Assembly: GCA_963756585.1 (NCBI GenBank)
Contig: CAVWOK010000010.1
Coordinates: 524 to 64,523 of the forward strand
Direction: 5' to 3'
DNA length: 64,000 bases
Source of the DNA: an uncultured Solirubrobacterales bacterium
GTDB lineage: Bacteria > Actinomycetota > Thermoleophilia > Solirubrobacterales > Solirubrobacteraceae
The stretch's first letter is position 1, and each line of letters opens with the position of its first letter. Below are positions 27,098 through 35,929 of this stretch, piece by piece. Both the position numbers and the translations under genes were made by a program. The notes under the pieces are model-generated. The model made no database searches. It saw nothing but the letters and a program-made list of their open reading frames with translations, and was not told where the DNA came from.

Positions 27098-28709
27098 CCC
27101 GCGATCGTCCCGACGTGCTGATCATCGGCGCCGGCCCCTCGGGCGCCGTCACCGCGCGCCACCTGGCCGAGCACGGGTTCTCGGTGGTCTGCCTCGAGCA
27201 GGGCCGCTGGATCAACAACACCGACTTTCCCGGTGACAAGTTCGACTTCGAGCTGCAGGCGCTGAAACGGTGGAGTCACGACCCCAACGTCCGCCAGCTC
27301 GACGAGGACTACCCGTGTGAGGTGAGCAAGGCCGAAGTTCACCCGGTCATGTACAACGCCGTCGGCGGCGGGAGCATCCACTACGGGGCCCAGTGGCCGC
27401 GTCACCTGCCATCCGATTTCCGCGTTCGCACGCTCGACGGGGTGGCCGACGACTGGCCGCTCACCTACGAGGATCTGGTCCCGTTCTACGAACAGAATGA
27501 CATCGATCTCGGGGTATCGGGGATGGCGGGTGACCCCGCCTATCCCGACGGCGCCCCGCCGCCGCTGCCGGCCCTGCCGATCAACAGGTACGGACGAAAG
27601 TTCGCCCAGGGGCTCAACGCCCTGGGCTGGCATTGGTGGCCGGCGCCGAACGCGATCGCCTCACGCGACTATCGAAACCTGGGAGCCTGCGCACGCTACG
27701 GCACCTGTGAGAACGGCTGCCCCAACGGCTCCAAGGCGTCAGTCGACATGACGCACTGGCCCGAGGCTCAGCGCCACGGCGACGCGGGTGATCACCGGCG
27801 CGCGGGTACGAGAGATCACCACCGACGAGCGTGGCCTGGCCACCGGGGCCATCTACATCGATCGCCACCACGTCGAGCACCATCAGCCGGCCAGCACGGT
27901 GGTGTTGGCCGCCAACGGCGTGGGAACACCGCGGCTGCTGCTGCTGTCGCGCAGCGCACGCTTCCCCGAGGGGCTGGCGAACGGGTCGGGATTGGTCGGT
28001 AAACGGCTGATGCTGCACCCGACGAGCCTGCTCGTCGGTGTCTTTGACGAGGCACTCGACAGCTGGCTCGGGCCGGCCGGGCAGAACGTGCACTCGATGG
28101 AGTTCTACGAGAGCGATCCCGCGCGGGGCTTCGTCCGCGGTGCCGACTGGAAGACGATGCCCACCGGCGGCCCGCTGATGGCGCTCCTGTTCGGCGTGCT
28201 CGACGGTTCACCGGCCTGGGGCGAGGGGATGTATGACGTGATCCGCAGGACGCTCGGCCATTCGGTCGCGGTGGCCATCGTCAGCGAAGACCTGCCATCG
28301 GTCGCCAATCAGGTCTCGCTGGATCCGAACCTGGCCGACTCCGACGGGGTACCGGCGCCGCACATCGAATACCGGCGCGAGCAGAACAACCTCGAGCTGC
28401 TCGCTTGGCACATCGACCGCACCCGTGAGGCGCTCGAGGCGGCAGGCGCGACACGTGTGCTCGTGGAGCCGATCATGCCCGAGCAGCCGGGTCACCTGCT
28501 GGGCACGGCGCGGATGGGAGACGATCGTTCCTGCTCTGTTGTGGATCCAGTTCGGGCGCAGCCACGAGGTGCCCAACCTGTTCATCGTCGACGGGTCGAT
28601 CTTCGTGACCAGCGGCGGCGTCAACCCCACCAACACGATCGGTGCGCTGGCGCTCCGCTGCGCCGCCCATATCGTCAGCACGGCCCGTCTGCAGGCGGTC
28701 CCGGCATGA
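27094..28709 (+). pseudogene. GMC oxidoreductase with two +1 frameshifts (pseudogene or assembly error)
   Basis: 'IIGAGPSG' FAD motif, 'AVGGGSIHY', 'HLLGTARMG' and 'HEVPNLFIVDGSIF...NPTNT' lie in three frames. Shifts near 27782 and 28550. Confidence 0.85.
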
Positions 28710-29158
28710 GTGCGGCCGCGCTTCCGTCAGATCAGCAGGTGGCGATGTTGCGTCGCCTCGGTGACACGCTGGTCCCGGCCGTGGACGGAATGCCGTCGTT
28801 TTCGGAGGCCGACAAGTCGGGGCGCTTTCTGAGCAGGGCCTTCGAAGCGCTGCCACACTTCGCTGTGCTGGTGCTGGCCGCCGCCGACGGGCTGGGGGCG
28901 CAGGCGCCGTTGGACTACCTGCGACGGCTGGAGGCCGAACAGCCTGACACCTTCGCGGCGCTCCACCTCACGCTGGTCGGCGCATACCTGGTCAATCGCC
29001 GGGTTTGGAGGCGGCTCGGCTATCCGGGACGAAAGCCCACGCCGGTGCTCGACGATGAGGCAGAGTTCTTTCTCGAGGGTGGCCTGCTCGAGCCGGTTAT
29101 CGCCCGAGGTCCGATCTACCGGCCTACGCCTCGCAGTCGAGCCGCCGCCGCCGAGTGA
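28706..29158 (+). CDS. Small partner subunit of GMC dehydrogenase (gluconate 2-dehydrogenase subunit 3-like)
   Basis: 'LGDTLVP...PS', 'GAYL...VWRRLGYPG' and 'GPIYRPTP'. ATGA overlap with the GMC stop. Confidence 0.65.
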   Translation: MSAAALPSDQQVAMLRRLGDTLVPAVDGMPSFSEADKSGRFLSRAFEALPHFAVLVLAAADGLGAQAPLDYLRRLEAEQPDTFAALHLTLVGAYLVNRRVWRRLGYPGRKPTPVLDDEAEFFLEGGLLEPVIARGPIYRPTPRSRAAAAE

Positions 29159-29580
29159 TCCTTACCGTCACGCTGAACCTGGCGCTCGACGTCACCTATC
29201 ACGTGGCTGACTTTGAGCCCGGAAGCGCGGTACGCGTCGAGGACGTGGCTCGGCGGGCCGGCGGCAAGGGGGTAAACGTTGCCCGGGTGTTGCAGGCGCT
29301 CCGACATGAGGTCACCGTCTCGGGGATGGTCGGTGGATTCACCGGACAGGTCGCGCGCCGAGCTGAAATCTGCCGGCTTGCGGGACGAGCTGGTCGAGAT
29401 CGAGGGAGAATCGCGGCTGACGGTTGTCGTCGTCGATGGCGAAGGGTTGGCCACGGCACGACGTGTTACGAGCGGCGCCGCCCGAGGTTCTCACCGGTAA
29501 CCCAACCGGTGCCGGAGATGCAGCCTCAGCCGCCATCAGCCCGGTCATCTCCGGCGGGGCGCACCTCATATCTCAGAGTC
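29155..29580 (+). pseudogene. 1-phosphofructokinase/PfkB family remnant with large internal deletion
   Basis: N-terminal 'VTLNLALDVTY...GGKGVNVARVL' joins, after a frameshift, almost directly to C-terminal 'NPTGAGDA'. Confidence 0.8.
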
Positions 29581-29913
29581 GTGGGCGCCGTTCTGTTGCG
29601 GCTCCTCCTCTGTTTCGTCTGGCCCGACAAAGAAGATCTCCTCGCAGATTGCATGGGTCACGTCGCCGACGAGCCTGCAGGCAACCTTGATGTCTCTCTT
29701 TGAGTACCGCTTTCCCGCATCGCCGATGACGCTCCGGATCAGAAACCGAGCGACCTCGGGAATGGGTGCGGCGTCAGGCGAGGATCTACCCGACCGCTCG
29801 GAGGCAACCATGTGGCTGACGATCTGGCTCAGGACGCCGCCGCAGAGCAGTAGCTCGTTGACGAGCTCGTCGAGTGGATCTGAGGGTGGGGAAGCAGTGA
29901 TCTGGTCGCTCAT
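29566..29913 (-). CDS. Hypothetical protein (115 aa)
   Basis: ATG start and protein-like helical composition. No family recognised. Confidence 0.55.
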   Translation of the reverse strand: MSDQITASPPSDPLDELVNELLLCGGVLSQIVSHMVASERSGRSSPDAAPIPEVARFLIRSVIGDAGKRYSKRDIKVACRLVGDVTHAICEEIFFVGPDETEEEPQQNGAHDSEI

Positions 29914-30046
29914 ACGAGCATGGAGGCGCTGGGGACACGAGAATCACCCCCTGGTCGGCGGGCATGACCCGAGTCGACGAGCCATCATGGTCAGCGATCG
30001 CCGCAGACTGGCGCAACGGCATGCGCCTCTTGAGTGCGGCGATCCT

Positions 30047-31222
30047 CTATCCCTCCGACCCCACGCGCTCAAAGGCCGCCAGTGCCCGGTCGATGACCGA
30101 CTCGTCCATCGCCGTCGAGGTGGCGGCAAGGCCATTGGGTGCGATCATCACGCCCTCGGCGTAGAGGCGCCACCACAGCGCCGCGGGATCTTGCCCGTGG
30201 ATCCTCAACAGCGATCCGCGGCCGGTGACCCTCCAGCCCTGCTTTCCCAGCTCCCGCCGTAGGCGGTCGCCGTAACCGTTGATGCGCTCGATCTCCTCGG
30301 CCGTGAGAAGCCTGAGCGAGGCCAGCCCGGCGCGCATGCTCACCGGATTGGCCGAAAACGTTCCCCCGTGGGCGAGGTGGTCGGGCGCGCGCGGATCAAA
30401 TCCACTCATCACCTCGGCGCGACCGCCGATGGCGCCGATCGGCAAGCCGCCCCCGATCAGCTTGCCCAGCGTGGTTATGTCGGGGCGCAGTCCGTACAGG
30501 CTCTGGATCCCGCCCGGAGCGATCCGGAAGGTGATGACCTCGTCGAGGAGCAGCAGAATCCCGCGCCGCTCTGTCTCCTGGCGCAGCCACCGCACGAATT
30601 CCGGGCTCGCCGGAACGAGCCCGGCCCGGTTGGGCATGGCATCAAAGAGCACGCAGGCGATGCGCGCGCCGTGCTCCTCGAACGCCGTGGCGACGGCATC
30701 GGCGTCACCGACGGGCACGCTCAGTACCTGCTCGCTGACTGCGGGGGGCACACCCGGCGCGCCGGGCATCAGCGCCCCGTCGTAGGTGCCGTGGTAGCAG
30801 CCGTCGAAGCGCAGGATCAGGGGCCGGCCGGTATGGAACCGCGCCAGCCGAAGCGCCATCATCACGGCCTCGCTGCCGGAGTTGGCAAAGCGCCAGCGCT
30901 CGGCGCTCGGAACGCGTTCGCTCAACTCCTGGGCAAGCTCGACCTCGTCGGCCGTGGGAAGACCAAAGCAGGAACCATCGCGAAGTGCCGAGCTCGCGGC
31001 CTCCACGATCTCGCGGCGCCCATGCCCGTGCACGAGGACGGTGTAGTTGCCCTGCAGATCGAGCAGCTCATGCCCGTCGGCGTCGGTGAGCACGCACCCC
31101 TGGCCGCGGGCGGCATACGGAGGGTGCGGTGAGACGAACACGGTCGTGCGCGAGTTGCCGCCGGGGAGGCAGGCCAGCGCCCGGGCGTAGAGCTCGTCAG
31201 ATTTAAGCCGCGGGCCGGTCAC
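30047..31222 (-). CDS. Class III PLP aminotransferase (GSA aminomutase-like)
   Basis: 'LPGGNSR', 'NSGSEAVM', 'YHG', 'LLLDEVIT' and 'GKLIGGGLPIG'. GTG start overlaps the upstream stop. Confidence 0.88.
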   Translation of the reverse strand: MTGPRLKSDELYARALACLPGGNSRTTVFVSPHPPYAARGQGCVLTDADGHELLDLQGNYTVLVHGHGRREIVEAASSALRDGSCFGLPTADEVELAQELSERVPSAERWRFANSGSEAVMMALRLARFHTGRPLILRFDGCYHGTYDGALMPGAPGVPPAVSEQVLSVPVGDADAVATAFEEHGARIACVLFDAMPNRAGLVPASPEFVRWLRQETERRGILLLLDEVITFRIAPGGIQSLYGLRPDITTLGKLIGGGLPIGAIGGRAEVMSGFDPRAPDHLAHGGTFSANPVSMRAGLASLRLLTAEEIERINGYGDRLRRELGKQGWRVTGRGSLLRIHGQDPAALWWRLYAEGVMIAPNGLAATSTAMDESVIDRALAAFERVGSEG

Positions 31223-32289
31223 CGGCGGGCCGCCCTGAGACCAGATAGCGCGGCCACGACCAGCTCCCCGATCGCGGCCAGGTCGTAGCCGCCTTCCTGG
31301 ACCACGACCGCGGGCCCGAGCCCGCCGATCCGTTTGGCCGCCTGCCGGTACCCATCCGCGCTCACGCGTAGCGGGCTTTCCGGATCCGAGGCGGCCGCAT
31401 CCAGACCGAGCGAGACGACGAGCGCGTCGGCACCGTGAGCGCGGACGTCGGCGCAGAGCACGTCCACGGCCGCCAACCAATCGGAGTCTGTGGTGCCGGG
31501 GGCCAGCGGAATGTTGCGGTTAGCGCCCCGCCCGTCCCCGCTCCCGCGCTCGCCGGCATACCCCACATAGTGCGGGAACCACCCGGTGCCGGGATCGACG
31601 TGCAGGCTGCCCACGTACACGTCGCCGCGACCATAGAAGATCGCCTGGCTGCCGTTGCCATGGTGGGCGTCCAGGTCGACGACGGCCACCCGGGCGGCAC
31701 CCGCCTGGCGCAGCGCCTGCGCGGCGATCGCTGCGTTGTTGAGGTAGCACGACCCTCCATGGGCGGCGGGTCCGGCGTGGTGGCCCGGCGGCCGGCACAG
31801 CGCGTAGGCGGCGGGCGCTCCGCCGGCAACCAGGTCTGCCGCGGTCAGGGCGGCGTCGGCGGCGGCCCGGACCGCCGGCCAGGTGCCAGGCCCGATCAGG
31901 GTCATCGTGTCGTAGCAGAACCTCCCGACCCGCCCGTGGAGGGCGGTCGGTGACCGCGGTGGCAGCCCCGACAGCAACCCGGTCGTGGGAAACACGTACG
32001 GCACCACCCGACGGCGGCCGTGGTCAGCCGGATAGCCGTCCGCCTCCCAGTCGGTCCAGACGGTGGCCAGGTGATCGACGAGCGCCGCCTCGTGGACCGC
32101 CAGGATGGCGGCATCGTCATGCTCGGTTGCCTCGGTTACCTTCGCTCCCGCCGACGTGAGCGCGTCGAGCAGCACGGTGGCCCGCTCCGGGACCTCGGTG
32201 CCAGCCTCCCACACGCCCAGCCATACCTCGCCGCCGGGCTCGTGCAGGAGGCAGTCGGGGTGCCAGACGACCGGCAAGCCCGTCAGCGA
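31219..32289 (-). CDS. Histone deacetylase-family acetylpolyamine amidohydrolase
   Basis: 'RPPGHHAG', 'YLNNAA', 'DLDAHHGNG', 'SLGLD' and 'QEGGY'. Start uncertain (no ATG; CTG or TTG). Confidence 0.88.
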   Translation of the reverse strand, partial: SLTGLPVVWHPDCLLHEPGGEVWLGVWEAGTEVPERATVLLDALTSAGAKVTEATEHDDAAILAVHEAALVDHLATVWTDWEADGYPADHGRRRVVPYVFPTTGLLSGLPPRSPTALHGRVGRFCYDTMTLIGPGTWPAVRAAADAALTAADLVAGGAPAAYALCRPPGHHAGPAAHGGSCYLNNAAIAAQALRQAGAARVAVVDLDAHHGNGSQAIFYGRGDVYVGSLHVDPGTGWFPHYVGYAGERGSGDGRGANRNIPLAPGTTDSDWLAAVDVLCADVRAHGADALVVSLGLDAAASDPESPLRVSADGYRQAAKRIGGLGPAVVVQEGGYDLAAIGELVVAALSGLRAARR

Positions 32290-32312
32290 CGCGTGTGCGT
32301 AATGATCAGTTC

Positions 32313-33422
32313 GTGACACGTGCAGCTGACCTGGGGATCACGATCGGCTTCTGGCCCAGCGGTTCGACGGCGTCGATCGTCGACGTGCCTGGGGTCGGCG
32401 TGGGCCACGCCACCGTGTGGCGCGACGAGCCGCCCCCGCCGGCCGGCCGCGGGGTGGCCAGGACCGGGGTTACCGTCGTCGACCTGGGCGGGAACCTGTT
32501 CCGCAGCCGGGTCCCAGCGGGCGGCGCCGTCCTCAACGGCGCCGGGGAGTGCACCGGGTTCCTGGCCGCCAGCGAGTGGGGCGTGGCGGAGACGCCGGTG
32601 TTCCTGACCTCGACCATGCAGCTGGGCCGGGTATACGACGCGGCCTGCGAGCTGCTGATGGCGGAGGACCCGGGGATCGGCTCCGACGAGGTCATCATCC
32701 CGATCGTGGCCGAGTGCGACGACAGTTTCCTCAACGATGCGCGGTGCATGCAGGTAACCGCCGCGGATGTCAGCGCCGCCCTTGAGGCCGCCCGGGCGGG
32801 GGCCGGCGGGGCCGCGCCGGCCGAAGGCGCCGTCGGTGCCGGGACGGGAATGAGCTGCCTCGGGTTCAAGGGCGGCATCGGAACCGCGTCACGGGTGACT
32901 CCGTCCGGACACGTCGTCGGCGTGCTGCTGCTGTCCAACTTCGGCGAGGGTCGGAGGCTGACCGTTGCCGGGGTTCCCGTCGGGCGCCTGCTGCCGCCGC
33001 CCGGCGAGTCGCCCGTCCGCCCGTCGCCCGCGGGCTCGTGCATCGTGATCGTCGTCACCGATGCGCCGCTCGACTCGGCCGCGTGCGCGCGGCTGGCCCG
33101 GCGCGCCGGGCTCGGCCTGGCCAGGACCGGGTCCACCGCCAGTCACGGCAGCGGCGAGATCTTCCTGGCCATGGCCACCGGCCTGCGCGACCCCGCGACC
33201 GACACACGCCGAGCGCGGCCCACCCCCGCCGAGGCTTGGCCCGCCCCTCTGACCGGGACGGCGCTGGACCCGTTCTTCGCCGCGGTCGTGGAGGCCACCG
33301 AGGAAGCCGTCCTCAACAGCATGCTGGCCGCGCCCACGGTCACCGGCCGGGACGGGAACACCTCCTACGGCCTGCCTGCGGAGCGGGTGGGTGAGCTGCT
33401 GCGGGCGGCTGGCCATGCGTAA
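32313..33422 (+). CDS. P1/S58 family peptidase (DmpA-like)
   Basis: 'IVDVPGVGVGH', 'NGAGE', 'GAVGAGTGM', 'FKGGIGTASR' and the 'GS' cleavage site in 'PAGSCIV'. Confidence 0.88.
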   Translation: MTRAADLGITIGFWPSGSTASIVDVPGVGVGHATVWRDEPPPPAGRGVARTGVTVVDLGGNLFRSRVPAGGAVLNGAGECTGFLAASEWGVAETPVFLTSTMQLGRVYDAACELLMAEDPGIGSDEVIIPIVAECDDSFLNDARCMQVTAADVSAALEAARAGAGGAAPAEGAVGAGTGMSCLGFKGGIGTASRVTPSGHVVGVLLLSNFGEGRRLTVAGVPVGRLLPPPGESPVRPSPAGSCIVIVVTDAPLDSAACARLARRAGLGLARTGSTASHGSGEIFLAMATGLRDPATDTRRARPTPAEAWPAPLTGTALDPFFAAVVEATEEAVLNSMLAAPTVTGRDGNTSYGLPAERVGELLRAAGHA

Positions 33423-33658
33423 AGAGCCTACGCAACCGGGCGATCGATCCCGAGCCGATCAGGAGCCACTACTTAGTCATCGGTACACGACGATTTCCCC
33501 CAGAGCAGGTCCTGAGCGAGCTCACCGGCCTTGACCGAGCCGACTTCACGACACATCAGGCGAGGCGAACGCTCGTCCGCCTCGGCTTCTCGGTCGGTCG
33601 GCGGCCCGCCAAGACCTCAGCTCCACGCAGTGACCACCGATAAACGGTCGATGCACCT

Positions 33659-33880
33659 TTGGCCGAGCGACTGCAACCCCTGTCTGGTAAATGGGTCGCA
33701 ATCAAGCATGACGACGTACTCCACGCGACCGGATCCCCGCAGGAGCTTGTCGGCTGGCTGAGCCGGCACGGCCAAAGGCTGACAGCATGTTTTCGAGTGG
33801 CCGAGCGTGAGCTTGCCACGACTGGCCTAGCGCCCTGTGCGGTTCAACTTCCGAGAAGCACTACCGGCACTGACTTTTTG
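33659..33880 (+). pseudogene. Small DUF5678-like gene remnant (frameshifted)
   Basis: 'SGKWVAIKHDDVLHA..SPQELVGWLSRHGQ' continues as 'ADSMFRVAE' in another frame. Confidence 0.35.
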
Positions 33881-33949
33881 GCGAGGGTGGGTGAGGGAAA
33901 CTGCGTGACACGACGGCACGAGACCGAGGGACAGCCGAGGGTAGTTAAG

Positions 33950-35227
33950 TTAGATCCGCCCTCGTGGCACCGCTCGCGCGGGCGCTGACCACTTGGTGTC
34001 ACCCAGTGGGCTGCCGAGCCGTCGCTCGAGCTCGGTGAAGGCATCGATGAGTTCGCTCGCCTCGAAAGCACGATTCCGGCGACCCATTGTGGTCTGCGTG
34101 AGGATGCCTGCTTCGACCAGCCGACGGACGGCCTCGTTGACGGCTTGCTCGCTGCGTCCAATGAGCGATGCGGCGCTCTGGACGTTTATGACGGGCGCAC
34201 CTGGTAGGCCGCCGATGAGCAGGTCTAGGGCCGAGCCCGCTCGGACCTTTCCAAGCCGCGTTCGCCACGAATCCTGCAGTTCAAGGGTGCTTACCTCATA
34301 CAGCTCCGCGTCGGATACAGCGCGGGTTGTGGCCGAGGCGAACAATCCGATCCAGCTGTCGAGGCCGGTCCGCGCTGCGGGCAAGTCGGAACGCCCGCGA
34401 TAGCGAGTCTCCATCAGCGCGTTGACGTAGTCGGTGGACCATGTCGCGAGCACGAGCGAAACCGGGGGCAGCACGTTTGTGGCCAAGCCACGGCGGCGCA
34501 GGATGACATGGATTAGCGCACGTCCCGTCCGTCCGTTGCCATCCACAAATGGGTGAATGGTTTCGAATTGAGCGTGGGCAATCGCGGCCTGCACGATCGC
34601 CGGCAGAGAGTCCAGGCCGCAAAAGGCGCTGAGGTCGTCGAGAAGCTGCTCAACACGCTCGGGCGGCGGGGGCACGAACGCAGCACTGCATGGGTTGTAG
34701 CTGCTACCACCGATCCAGTTCTGCTCTGCACGTACCTTGCCGGCGTACTCATCAAGCCGCGTGCCAGCAAGAAGCTGCCGGTGGATATCGAGAAGGTCGG
34801 TGGTGGTGATCTTCTTCTTCGGGTCGCTGACGTGCTCGATGGCCCAGTTCATGGCCGCGACGTTGTTGAGCACCTCGAGCGCAGTGAGGTCGGACGACTG
34901 TTCACCGATGAGCTGCTCTGTCTGAGCGTGAAGGAGGCGACGCGCTCCCACTTCCAGGCCCTCTATCCGGGAAGAGGCGACAGCCTCGGCGCGCAGCAGG
35001 AGGCGAGCCATGGCCTCAGAGTTGATGAGGCTTCGTGACTGCAGGTTGAGGCGGACAACGGCGGCCTCGGCGTCCGCGACGTCGGCAGCTGTGTCCCCCA
35101 TGAGGGTGATCGACCTGCCAATGAGAGGATCGGGCACGTACGCTTCATACGTGCAGCCCTGGCGGTCCCGCCGACGAAGGCCCGGCGAAAGGTTCGACGT
35201 CCAGCGTCGACGCAATACAGAAGCCAC
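33950..35227 (-). CDS. Fic family protein with C-terminal HTH
   Basis: Canonical HPFVDGNGRTGR, 'EAVASSRIEG', and C-terminal 'AVNEAVRRLVEAGIL'. GTG start at 35227 preferred. Confidence 0.92.
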   Translation of the reverse strand: MASVLRRRWTSNLSPGLRRRDRQGCTYEAYVPDPLIGRSITLMGDTAADVADAEAAVVRLNLQSRSLINSEAMARLLLRAEAVASSRIEGLEVGARRLLHAQTEQLIGEQSSDLTALEVLNNVAAMNWAIEHVSDPKKKITTTDLLDIHRQLLAGTRLDEYAGKVRAEQNWIGGSSYNPCSAAFVPPPPERVEQLLDDLSAFCGLDSLPAIVQAAIAHAQFETIHPFVDGNGRTGRALIHVILRRRGLATNVLPPVSLVLATWSTDYVNALMETRYRGRSDLPAARTGLDSWIGLFASATTRAVSDAELYEVSTLELQDSWRTRLGKVRAGSALDLLIGGLPGAPVINVQSAASLIGRSEQAVNEAVRRLVEAGILTQTTMGRRNRAFEASELIDAFTELERRLGSPLGDTKWSAPARAVPRGRI

Positions 35228-35249
35228 GTAATCCAGGCTAGCATACAAC

Positions 35250-35298
35250 CTTGATTATAATGTGAATATAATCAAGCGTAGCTAGTAGGCTTGATTAT
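35250..35298. promoter_or_regulatory. AT-rich palindromic operator between divergent fic and jet operon
   Basis: Perfect IR CTTGATTATA-N7-TATAATCAAG (35250-35276) containing TATAAT on each strand. Third half-site CTTGATTAT at 35290. Confidence 0.65.
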
Positions 35299-35437
35299 GG
35301 AGTACCCTCAGCGCCAGGTTAGGGCGGCATCGCCCCACCGAGAGTGAGCGCCGGCTGGGTGCATTGATTTTGGGACGTTCTTGCCGAAGCTGGCGGACCC
35401 CATTGTTCCGTCCGGCCCGCGCGTCATCCTCACCACA

Positions 35438-35929
35438 ATGGGTGAGAAGTCGGATCGGCGGCCTCCGGGGGACTGGGAAGGCTTCGCCAGCCGCTGGCTT
35501 GCCTGCCTGCTCGTCGTTTTGGTGCGCTGCGTTCGCCGCCCCGCGCTCGCGTACGACCTCGCAACCGAGACGCTGTCCGCGGCGCGGCTCTGGTGGCAGT
35601 CGGTGCCCGACGACGACGATGCTGCCGGGGTCTGGCTGCTCGAGCACGCCGCGCGCGTGCTGCAGACGTCGGTCGAGCGCAAGCGCGTCCCGGCGATCGA
35701 GCGTCGCCGCGGCCACCAGCCTGCCCCCTACGGTCTCAGTGCCGCCGAGCAGCAGGAGATCGCGCGGCTCGCCGAGGCGCAGCTCGAGCTATCGCCATCG
35801 GTCCAGGACGCGGTGGACGCGCTCGTCCGCACCGCGCCCCCGCCGCACCTGCTGGCCGAGCTGAGGCTCTCGGGCCTCGTCGACGCCGAGCCGCTGCCCA
35901 ACTCCGACCGGCATCACCATGGCGCCTGA
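35438..35929 (+). CDS. ECF sigma-factor region-2-like protein lacking region 4
   Basis: 'PALAYDLATETLSAA' and 'VWLLEHAARVL' resemble sigma2 (AxDLxxETFxxA...WLxxIAR). No HTH follows. Overlaps the jetA start. Confidence 0.5.
   Translation: MGEKSDRRPPGDWEGFASRWLACLLVVLVRCVRRPALAYDLATETLSAARLWWQSVPDDDDAAGVWLLEHAARVLQTSVERKRVPAIERRRGHQPAPYGLSAAEQQEIARLAEAQLELSPSVQDAVDALVRTAPPPHLLAELRLSGLVDAEPLPNSDRHHHGA

Noticed and set aside
35250-35276. dif/Xer site
   Set aside because: The arms are a perfect symmetric palindrome with a 7-nt centre and lack the XerD-arm TTATGTTAAA pattern. A transcription-factor operator fits better.
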